58,635 nucleotides of DNA, from NCBI GenBank assembly GCA_044373665.1, contig JBIPNH010000005.1, positions 1 to 58,635 of the forward strand. The letters are read 5' to 3'. Source of the DNA: Bacteroidia bacterium. Lineage in GTDB: Bacteria; Bacteroidota; Bacteroidia; NS11-12g; UBA955. Positions 17,393 through 25,323 of this stretch are shown here, piece by piece (the first letter of the stretch is position 1; each line of letters starts with the position of its first letter). The notes beneath the pieces were generated by a model, which was not told the origin of the DNA, did not search any database, and was given only the letters and a program-made list of their open reading frames with translations. The translations under genes and the position numbers were made by a program.

Positions 17393-19548
17393 AAAACTTA
17401 TTGCTGTTTTGTTTTTTGTTTTTAAGCTGGGCGTTAAAAGGTCAAGTATCCCATCAAATAAATTTTAAGTTTTTAGACCAAGCAAACAATCAACCGATTT
17501 CTAATTTACTAGTCAAATATCAAAGTACTACAGCGTATAGTAATTCAGATGGTTTTGTATCTGTGTTCATACAGTCTGATACCGGTACATTCCGTTTTTA
17601 TGAATCAGATGTATATTTACAAGAGTACAAATTAAAAGCATATAATGACACTTTTATAGTATTGAAAATAGAACGCATTTATGAAATAAGTAAGTTTAAG
17701 CTAAGGGTAAATCACCAGCCCATAACTGCTAAAAATAACAGAATTTCTATAGGTCAAAATACACTTCAGTCTATTTCATTGCCACTAAGTACCAACGACC
17801 CAATTCATTTATTAAAAACATTGCCCGGGGTTAATACCAGTCAAGAAATGAATGCTAATTTAAATATCAGAGGTGGAAGTGCTTACAATACAGTCTTTTA
17901 TTTAGATAATATTCCTGTGCCTAATTTAACTCATAGTTTTGGTTTATACAGTTTTTTTGATTTGAACACTATCAGACAAATTGATTATTTCAATAATAAT
18001 GTAAGTAGTGAGTATGGCTCTAGGGGTTCAAGTTATATAAAATTTTATCTTAAAGACCCAATTTCTAATAAATCAACATCGGAATTAAATATTAATCCTT
18101 TTTTTGTTAGTGGTAATGTTAATTTGAAGTTAAAAAAAGAAAAATTGGGTGTTTTTGTTAATTACAGAAAATCTATTTTCAATACTGAATACAATGTGCT
18201 TTTTCCTCTTTTTTCAGAGTTTTCTGATTTATTAATCAAAACTAAATATAATTTTAACAGAAGGTCGTCCTTGAGTTTAATATACACCGATAATCAAGAC
18301 AGAGTTACTGATTTTAATGCAACCGGAATCAATTCTAGAGATAGTTTGCAATGGCAGTTTAAAGCCTTTTCATCACAATTTGATTTAATTTCTAAAAGTG
18401 GCATAAAACATGAAGCAGTTTTTTTTATTAAGAATCAAGTTTTATCAAGGCAATCTTTGAATAATCAGTTTAATTACAAAAATGAATTTAATGAAATGAA
18501 CTTTAAATATTCGTTAAAGAAAAGTTTTAGCCAGAATTTTAGATCATCATTTGGGTTAGAACATCAAATTCATCAAAATAATAATTCATTAAGTTTTAAC
18601 AATAAAATCATTGATAATTTAAATGTCTTATCTCTTAATACAGATAACGCATACCAATTTAAAAACTTTATTTTTAATGCTAATTTAAGGTTGAGTAATT
18701 TTATTGATTTAAATAAAACTTACCTTGAAAAAAGATTAAGTATAAATTATAAGCTTAAAAAGTCGAGTTTTATTGCAGAGTATAACACTTTTGTTAATGC
18801 CACTCACAGTTTGGTTAATAATGTTTTTCCTGTTCCTGATGATTTTAAGTTTTTGGCGAATAAAGATTTTTTACCTCAGGTAACAAATGAGTGGTTGATT
18901 GGCTACAATGTTCAATTGAAAAAATCAAATCTACAATTAAATGCATATCATAGAAATTTTCTAAATAGCTATGATTACAGAAGATTGAATATTGATAATT
19001 ATGCCTCATTTAGCAATGTTTTTAAGATGAATCATGTCAGCTATGGGGTTGAGGCTTTGTCCAATATTAATATTAATGAAAAGCATAGTTTTGTTTTGTC
19101 TTATACTTTATCAAAATCTACAATGCAAAATGATTCAGTCAATTTGGGTTTATTGTATCCAACTAGTTACGATAGGCCACATAATTTTAATTTATTGTAT
19201 AGTTTTAAGTATAAAAGATTTACGTTTACCAGTACTTTTACTTGGCAAAGTGGTAGGGTTGCAACGGTTCCTTTATTTGTAGCTTACGCTAATGCTACCC
19301 CAATTTATTCTCTAAGAAATGAGTATCGTTTAAAACCTTTTCATAAAATGGATATTGGTTTTCAATACAGTTTCAGAAATAAAGTTAAGGTTAAACAGTT
19401 TTTAAATGTTAATTTGTACAATGTGTATTTTCGTCAAAATACTTATGCTGTTGTTTGGGAAAGTAACAACAATACTAGATCTGCTGAACTCAAATATCTA
19501 ACAGCCTTCCCATTTCTCCCTTCCTTCTCTTACAGCATTAAATTTTAG
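17389..19548 (+). CDS. TonB-dependent-receptor-like outer membrane protein (CarboxypepD_reg-like N-domain, plug, beta-barrel)
   Basis: 719 aa with a signal peptide. The plug-like segment reads LKTLPGVNTSQEMNANLNIRGGSAYNTVFYLDNIPV. A long alternating beta-strand region ends in an aromatic C-terminus, FSYSIKF. Confidence 0.8.
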   Translation: MKNLLLFCFLFLSWALKGQVSHQINFKFLDQANNQPISNLLVKYQSTTAYSNSDGFVSVFIQSDTGTFRFYESDVYLQEYKLKAYNDTFIVLKIERIYEISKFKLRVNHQPITAKNNRISIGQNTLQSISLPLSTNDPIHLLKTLPGVNTSQEMNANLNIRGGSAYNTVFYLDNIPVPNLTHSFGLYSFFDLNTIRQIDYFNNNVSSEYGSRGSSYIKFYLKDPISNKSTSELNINPFFVSGNVNLKLKKEKLGVFVNYRKSIFNTEYNVLFPLFSEFSDLLIKTKYNFNRRSSLSLIYTDNQDRVTDFNATGINSRDSLQWQFKAFSSQFDLISKSGIKHEAVFFIKNQVLSRQSLNNQFNYKNEFNEMNFKYSLKKSFSQNFRSSFGLEHQIHQNNNSLSFNNKIIDNLNVLSLNTDNAYQFKNFIFNANLRLSNFIDLNKTYLEKRLSINYKLKKSSFIAEYNTFVNATHSLVNNVFPVPDDFKFLANKDFLPQVTNEWLIGYNVQLKKSNLQLNAYHRNFLNSYDYRRLNIDNYASFSNVFKMNHVSYGVEALSNININEKHSFVLSYTLSKSTMQNDSVNLGLLYPTSYDRPHNFNLLYSFKYKRFTFTSTFTWQSGRVATVPLFVAYANATPIYSLRNEYRLKPFHKMDIGFQYSFRNKVKVKQFLNVNLYNVYFRQNTYAVVWESNNNTRSAELKYLTAFPFLPSFSYSIKF

Positions 19549-19664
19549 TTTTTTCACTTTTTTAGTTTTCAACTTCATGATGCACTTAGGGATTTAAAGT
19601 TATATACTCAAGTAAACTTAGTTTGGAACGCTATTTGGATAGCTTGAATAATAAATAATAATAT

Positions 19665-19672
19665 TAAATTTG
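19665..19672 (+). promoter_or_regulatory. Candidate -7 promoter box (TAAATTTG) for lolA
   Basis: Exact TAnnTTTG match ending 6 nt before the ATG at 19679. Confidence 0.4.
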
Positions 19673-19678
19673 TCCCCA

Positions 19679-20353
19679 ATGAAAATTAAAGTACTTCTTT
19701 CTTTTTTGATTCTTGTGTTAATGTCCTTTGTTGTTACGCCTCCTAAAGTGGAAAAAGACAAAGATGCTAATAAGTTATTAAAAGACGTTTCGAAAAAATA
19801 CAAAGCTTACACCTCGTTGAAAGCTGATTTTACAATGTTGAACGAACCTGCCGATGGTAAAAAAAGCACAACCGAAAAGGGTTCTTTGTGGTCGAAAGGC
19901 AATAATTTCAAGTTGAATTTTGCAGGTCAGCAGATTTTTTGTAATGGTAAGTTTATATGGACTTACACTGCCGAAACCAATGAGTGTGTCAAGGATAATT
20001 ACAATCCTAATAGTGCCAAAGGTATTAATCCCACTAAATTATTTACAATTTGGGAAAAAGGTTTTTTGTATATCAGTGAAGGTTCATACAAAAAAGGAAC
20101 TTCCACAATTTCAAAAATTAAATTAACGCCAACCGATAAGTCGGTACCATACTTTTTGATGAACTTGGAGGTAGATAATACCCTTAAAACGCTGCAAAGT
20201 ATGAAAGTGTCCTACAAAGCAGGGAATAAACAAACCTACACTATCACTCAACAAAAAGCCAATGAGGCTATTTTGGATAAAGAATTTGTATTTGATGCAA
20301 GTAAATTCAGCGGAGTGGAAATCATCGATTTAACCAGTAAATCCAAAAAATAA
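19679..20353 (+). CDS. lolA: LolA-like outer membrane lipoprotein carrier protein
   Basis: About 224 aa from the ATG at 19679 (MKIKVLLSFLILVLMS, signal peptide). The LolA-like body reads YTSLKADFTMLNEP...GSLWSKGNNFKLNFAGQQIFCNGKFIWTY. This is the usual gene partner downstream of ftsK. Confidence 0.75.
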   Translation: MKIKVLLSFLILVLMSFVVTPPKVEKDKDANKLLKDVSKKYKAYTSLKADFTMLNEPADGKKSTTEKGSLWSKGNNFKLNFAGQQIFCNGKFIWTYTAETNECVKDNYNPNSAKGINPTKLFTIWEKGFLYISEGSYKKGTSTISKIKLTPTDKSVPYFLMNLEVDNTLKTLQSMKVSYKAGNKQTYTITQQKANEAILDKEFVFDASKFSGVEIIDLTSKSKK

Positions 20354-20404
20354 ACAAATATTTTTTAAATGATTTACATCATTTATGGAGTTTGTTTTTT
20401 TTTA

Positions 20405-20412
20405 TAATTTTG
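20405..20412 (+). promoter_or_regulatory. Candidate -7 promoter box (TAATTTTG) for trhO
   Basis: Exact TAnnTTTG match ending 4 nt before the GTG at 20417. Confidence 0.4.
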
Positions 20413-20416
20413 CAAC

Positions 20417-21436
20417 GTGTTGTTACATAATAGAGTTAATAATAAAGAGTTAAAGGAAAAAATAAAGTTTAGCAACGAGGCTAGAACCACTATTTCTTTT
20501 TATAAATATCATCTTTTGGATAATCCCAAAGCGTTCAGAGATGAATTGTATTTGGCTTGGAATCAATTAGGCGTTTTAGGTAGAATCTATGTGGCAGACG
20601 AAGGGATTAATGCCCAATTATCTGTGCCAACAGACAATTTTGAAGCTTTTAAATCCCATCTGTATAGTTATGATTTTTTAAATGGTGTTCGTTTAAATAC
20701 GGCTGTTGAAGATGATGGCAAATCATTTTTTAAATTAGCGATTAAAGTCAGAAAAAAGATTGTTGCCGACGGAATAGATGATCCCAATTTTGATGTTACA
20801 AAGATTGGAACACACTTAAAAGCAGAGGATTTTAATGCACTCATCGACAATCCAGATACTATAGTTGTGGACATGCGCAACCATTATGAAAGCGAAATAG
20901 GTCATTTTGAAAAAGCTATTTTGCCTGATGTGCTTAGTTTCCGAGAGCAATTGCCCAAAGTGGCTGAGTTGTTAGAAAATCAAAAAGATAAACCTGTGTT
21001 GATGTATTGTACCGGCGGAATTAGATGCGAAAAAGCAAGTGCTTACATGCTTTACAGAGGGTTTAAGGAAGTGTATCAGTTGGAAGGTGGAATTATAAAA
21101 TATGCCAATGATATCAAAGAAAAAGGATTGCCTAATAAGTTTCATGGTAAAAATTTTGTGTTTGATGAACGTTTGGGAGAACATATTTCAACTGAGATAA
21201 TATCCAAGTGTCATCAATGTGGCAATCCAAGTGATACACACACCAATTGTGCTAATGTGGCTTGTAATTTATTGTTTATTCAATGTCCATCATGTAGAGA
21301 AAAATACAGCAATTGCTGTGATGAAAATTGTCAACACATCGCTTCTTTGCCTGAAGAGGAACAAAAAGTGTTAAGAAAAGGCACCAACAAAGGTCGCTTG
21401 GTTTTTAACAAAGGTAAGAAGTTAAAAACGCAATAG
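20417..21436 (+). CDS. trhO: Rhodanese-domain tRNA uridine(34) hydroxylase TrhO (YceA/UPF0176)
   Basis: 339 aa. The N-terminus LLHNRVNNKELKEKIKF..ARTTISFYKY matches the YceA family. The rhodanese active-site loop is MYCTGGIRCEKA, and the tail is Cys-rich. Confidence 0.85.
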   Translation: MLLHNRVNNKELKEKIKFSNEARTTISFYKYHLLDNPKAFRDELYLAWNQLGVLGRIYVADEGINAQLSVPTDNFEAFKSHLYSYDFLNGVRLNTAVEDDGKSFFKLAIKVRKKIVADGIDDPNFDVTKIGTHLKAEDFNALIDNPDTIVVDMRNHYESEIGHFEKAILPDVLSFREQLPKVAELLENQKDKPVLMYCTGGIRCEKASAYMLYRGFKEVYQLEGGIIKYANDIKEKGLPNKFHGKNFVFDERLGEHISTEIISKCHQCGNPSDTHTNCANVACNLLFIQCPSCREKYSNCCDENCQHIASLPEEEQKVLRKGTNKGRLVFNKGKKLKTQ

Positions 21437-21437
21437 T

Positions 21438-21896
21438 TTAGTTATAAAACACAATATAGGCATTCAGCGAAATAGCTGTAAAAAGCCAAATCAGATAAGG
21501 TAATAACAGTAAGTTGTAATAATGCTGAACTCTGAAATATCTTAAAAAGGTAATTATCAATACCACTTGTAATGCACTTATTGCTAAAAGTGCCAATACA
21601 TCATATTGGAAATAAAAGAAAATTGGGTTCCACATAATATTGAGAATCCATTGTATTCCATATAAAATATAAATGGTTTTAGATTGAGATTTTACATTTT
21701 CTATCAAAGATTTTAGATAAAAGGCATAACAAATCATAATGGTGGTCCAAGCTGCACCAAAAACCCAACCCGGTGGTGTCCAAGGTGCTTTGTTAATCGT
21801 TTGGTACCAATCGCTAGAAACGCCACTGCCTGTGAATTGTCCGCCAATGGCAAGTGCTAGGAAATTTAAAGTCAAGAATATTATAGTGTTACGCAT
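21438..21896 (-). CDS. tspO: TspO/MBR tryptophan-rich sensory protein
   Basis: Five TM helices, with WYQTINKAPWTPPGWVFGAAWTTIM. I trimmed the start to MRNTIIF (ATG at 21896) because the upstream 30 nt of the track ORF are the glnN terminator hairpin. Confidence 0.85.
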   Translation of the reverse strand: MRNTIIFLTLNFLALAIGGQFTGSGVSSDWYQTINKAPWTPPGWVFGAAWTTIMICYAFYLKSLIENVKSQSKTIYILYGIQWILNIMWNPIFFYFQYDVLALLAISALQVVLIITFLRYFRVQHYYNLLLLPYLIWLFTAISLNAYIVFYN

Positions 21897-21934
21897 AAAA
21901 AAAGGGTTGTTGCAAATGTACAACAACCCTTTTT
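21897..21934 (-). terminator. Rho-independent terminator downstream of glnN
   Basis: The minus strand reads GGGTTGTTG-TACATTTG-CAACAACCC followed by TTTTTTT. That is a 9-bp stem, an 8-nt loop and a T7 tract. An A-tract upstream makes it potentially bidirectional. Confidence 0.7.
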
Positions 21935-21952
21935 GTTAAAGTTAGTTTATTT

Positions 21953-24106
21953 TTATTTTAAGAATAACAAGTCACGGTATTTTGGAAGTTTCCACATGTC
22001 GTTGTCAATTAGTTCTTCCAATTTGTCTGCACTTTCTCTAATTTCATCAAAGTAAGGTTTTACTTTATCGCAATAAGCTTTTGCTTTTTTGTCTGCATGT
22101 TCTATTAAGTTAGCTTTTCTGCGCTCTTCAGTCATTTTTGCGTTATTACTCCAAATAGAATTGATATGCTTAGAAATTTCCTTGGTTAGTTCAAGCAATG
22201 TTTTGGTTTCTTGTTTTGTTTGACCAATTTTGGTTAATCCTTCAATAGTATCAATCAATTGTTTTTGATATTTAACAGCTGATGGAATTACGTAATTTTT
22301 AGCCAATTCACCCAAAATTCTTCCTTCAATTTGAATTTTTAACACATAATCTTCAAATTTTATTTCAGTACGTGCTTCCAATTCTTTTTTGGTATAAATG
22401 CCGTTGTCAACAAAAATAGATTGACTTTCTTTTTTATTGTAAGCATCTAAAGCATATGGAGTAGTTTTGATATTACTCAAACCTCTTTTTGCAGCTTCTT
22501 TAACCCACTCTTCACCGTAACCATTGCCTTCAAAAATAATTTTTTTAGAAGATTTAATGTAGCCAATTAATGTTTTTTCAATAGCAGCTTGTTTGCTTAC
22601 TTTTTTCTTTAATAATGCATCTACTTCTTTTTTAAACGCCATTAATTGATTGGCAACTATGGTGTTTAAAACGATAACAGCATTTGCACAATGATCGCTT
22701 GAACCTACAGCTCTAAATTCAAATTTATTACCAGTAAAGGCAAAAGGAGATGTTCTGTTTCTGTCTGTATTGTCCAATAATATTTCAGGAATACGGTAAA
22801 TATTAATGGTTTTTTCACTTACTCTGCCAGGTTTTTGTTCAGTTTTAGAATTTTCAAAACGGTTTAATACTTCTGAAAGTGTACTTCCAATAAACACAGA
22901 CATAATAGCAGGAGGCGCTTCATTAGCACCCAATCTGTGGTCATTCCCCGCAGTTGCTATACTTGCTCTTAATAAGTCTGCATGGTCGTGAACGGCCTTA
23001 ATCGTATTAATAAAGAAAGTTAAAAACTGTAAATTGTCTTGAGGGCTTTGACCCGGAGATAGTAAATTAACTCCTGTGTCTGTAATGATTGACCAATTGT
23101 TGTGTTTTCCAGAGCCATTTACCCCTTTAAATGGTTTTTCGTGCCATAGTACTTTTAGTTTATGTTTGCTAGCAACAGCTTGCATTACATCCATTAATAA
23201 TGAATTATGGTCGATTGCAATATCGGCTTCCTCAAACATAGGTGCACATTCATATTGTCCTGGTGCAACTTCATTGTGACGGGTTTTTAAAGGAATACCA
23301 AGTTTAAAGGCTTCTTTTTCAAAATCAGTCATGTAGTTATAGATACGCTCAGGAATACTTCCAAAATAGTGGTCTTCCAACTGTTGTCCTTTTGCAGGCA
23401 TATTACCAACTAAGGTTCTTCCTGCAAAAACTAGGTCGGGACGTTGGTGGTATAATTCTTCGTCAATTAGAAAATATTCTTGCTCAATACCCAAAGAGAT
23501 TTTAGTGTTTTTAACGTTGATGTCAAACAATTGACAAACATCTGTTGAAGCTTTTGATAAAATATTGGTTGATTTAATTAATGGCGCCTTATAATCTAAT
23601 GCCTCACCTGTGTAAGAAACGAAAATAGTAGGAATACACAATGTTTTTCCACTTGCTTTTTCCATAATAAATGCCGGAGAGGAAGGGTCCCAAGCACTGT
23701 AACCACGGGCTTCAAAAGTGTTTCTTATACCACCGTTAGGGAAACTTGATGCGTCAGGTTCTTGTTGAACAAGTGCTTTGCCTGGAAATTTTTCTACACC
23801 AGAGTCAATTCCTGTAGGTTCAAAAAATGAATCGTGTTTTTCGGCTGTAGAACCTCTTAGTGGTTGAAACCAATGGGTGTAGTGTGTTGCACCTCTTTCT
23901 ATTGCCCAATTTTTCATGCCTTCTGCAATTAAATTAGCCATTTTCATGTCAAGAGGGTGACCTGTAGTTCTAGATTCGTTAACAGCTTTGATGGCTTCTT
24001 TACTTACATACTCTGCCATGGCTTTTGGTCCAAAAACATTTTTACCGAAGTACTCGGAAATTTGTTTGGTGGTTTTCGACTTACTTTTTCCAGCGGATTG
24101 TATCAT
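21953..24106 (-). CDS. glnN: Glutamine synthetase type III
   Basis: About 717 aa, the GSIII length class. Conserved blocks include THYTHWFQPL, EQEYFLID, HNEVAPGQYE, KPFKGVNGSGKHNNWS and NDHRLGANEAPPAI. The start is placed at the ATG at 24106 (MIQSAGK). The track's TTG start overlaps the promoter box. Confidence 0.9.
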   Translation of the reverse strand: MIQSAGKSKSKTTKQISEYFGKNVFGPKAMAEYVSKEAIKAVNESRTTGHPLDMKMANLIAEGMKNWAIERGATHYTHWFQPLRGSTAEKHDSFFEPTGIDSGVEKFPGKALVQQEPDASSFPNGGIRNTFEARGYSAWDPSSPAFIMEKASGKTLCIPTIFVSYTGEALDYKAPLIKSTNILSKASTDVCQLFDINVKNTKISLGIEQEYFLIDEELYHQRPDLVFAGRTLVGNMPAKGQQLEDHYFGSIPERIYNYMTDFEKEAFKLGIPLKTRHNEVAPGQYECAPMFEEADIAIDHNSLLMDVMQAVASKHKLKVLWHEKPFKGVNGSGKHNNWSIITDTGVNLLSPGQSPQDNLQFLTFFINTIKAVHDHADLLRASIATAGNDHRLGANEAPPAIMSVFIGSTLSEVLNRFENSKTEQKPGRVSEKTINIYRIPEILLDNTDRNRTSPFAFTGNKFEFRAVGSSDHCANAVIVLNTIVANQLMAFKKEVDALLKKKVSKQAAIEKTLIGYIKSSKKIIFEGNGYGEEWVKEAAKRGLSNIKTTPYALDAYNKKESQSIFVDNGIYTKKELEARTEIKFEDYVLKIQIEGRILGELAKNYVIPSAVKYQKQLIDTIEGLTKIGQTKQETKTLLELTKEISKHINSIWSNNAKMTEERRKANLIEHADKKAKAYCDKVKPYFDEIRESADKLEELIDNDMWKLPKYRDLLFLK

Positions 24107-24124
24107 TTTATTATTATTTGACTG

Positions 24125-24132
24125 CAAAATTA
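24125..24132 (-). promoter_or_regulatory. Candidate -7 promoter box (TAATTTTG) for glnN
   Basis: Exact TAnnTTTG match on the minus strand, 18 nt upstream of the ATG at 24106. Confidence 0.4.
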
Positions 24133-24234
24133 GGGTTTAAGGGGGCAATAAAGATGGTTTTAAGGGTAAAAAAATTAACAAAATTTCAATATTTGTTAAA
24201 ATATGTCGAAAAAAATTAATAATTTCGACACGAA

Positions 24235-25308
24235 TTGTTAAATAGTCAAATTCCATACAATCAATTGCCATTATTAACTGAGATTCAGTTTAAACCAAGC
24301 GATAGATTATTGGCTGTTAGTCGGCAATGTCAAATGTCTATCTCGTATTTAAAGGGTTATTTGGATGCTTTGCCACAAAATGATTTGTTTTATATTTCTA
24401 AATGGTTTCAGTTGTTAGAACTTAAGTATTCGTTCGACTTGGAAAATAATTCAATCTCTATCCAAAGATTGTTTGAATCCTCCGTTTCAAAACAAAAAAA
24501 CAACGACAAAACAACGCAACTTATTTTAGAACAGTTTGTTGCTGAAAGTAAAATAATAGGGAAGGATTTAAGTGATTTTAATAGGTTTTATATTGCCAAA
24601 GTGGGTAAAAAGAAGTCGGAATTAAGTTTTTACAGAGAAAAGACTAAAGCCGTGATTAAAAGTTATTTTACCAATTTGGTGTTATATACTGCACCCGATC
24701 AAGCCAATGTGCTAAGTCGACTAAAAAAAGATTTGAATAAAGGTTTACTGACAAAGCCGTTTGAGGATGATTTGATAAATTTGTGTTTAATCCATCTTCA
24801 AATTAGGGCAGTTGCACCATTCACACAGTTTAACGATGCTTCAGCTAGATTTAATTCTCAATTTATTATTCAAACTTTATTGGAACGGTTTATCCCAATT
24901 CCTTTTTCACAACAATTGATGTCGGTGAAAGAGGATTATAATGTGATTCTTAAAAATGCCTTGTTTAATGAGGCTTATGAATCATGGTGTTTGTTGTTAA
25001 TCAATGCAATACAAGAGTCTATTGAAAAAATGGTTATGAATCTGAAACAAATTTTTCAATTGAAAGAAAAGCAATCATTGATAATAATGAAATATACCAA
25101 TTATAAATTGCCTGACGAGTTACTATTGGTTTTGATGAAACATCCCTTTGTTAAAACCTCAGACATCATGTTGTTGTTAAACTGTCACAGACAAACAGCC
25201 TACACGTACCTCAAGCAAATGGTAAATGCAGGACTTTTGATTTCAAAAAAATCGGGAAGGGAACAAGTTTATTACAACAAGGAATTGATGGATGTATTGA
25301 TTTATTGA
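24235..25308 (+). CDS. Fic/DOC-family-like protein with degenerate catalytic motif and C-terminal wHTH
   Basis: 357 aa with a TTG start. The Fic_N-like N-terminus reads YNQLPLL...LELKYSFDLENNSISIQRLF. The core position reads IHLQIRAVAPFTQFNDASARF instead of HPFxDGNGRxxR. The C-terminal wHTH reads TSDIMLLLNCHRQTAYTYLKQMVNAGLLISKK. Confidence 0.65.
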   Translation: MLNSQIPYNQLPLLTEIQFKPSDRLLAVSRQCQMSISYLKGYLDALPQNDLFYISKWFQLLELKYSFDLENNSISIQRLFESSVSKQKNNDKTTQLILEQFVAESKIIGKDLSDFNRFYIAKVGKKKSELSFYREKTKAVIKSYFTNLVLYTAPDQANVLSRLKKDLNKGLLTKPFEDDLINLCLIHLQIRAVAPFTQFNDASARFNSQFIIQTLLERFIPIPFSQQLMSVKEDYNVILKNALFNEAYESWCLLLINAIQESIEKMVMNLKQIFQLKEKQSLIIMKYTNYKLPDELLLVLMKHPFVKTSDIMLLLNCHRQTAYTYLKQMVNAGLLISKKSGREQVYYNKELMDVLIY

Positions 25309-25323
25309 GTGTGTTTCGCAAGA

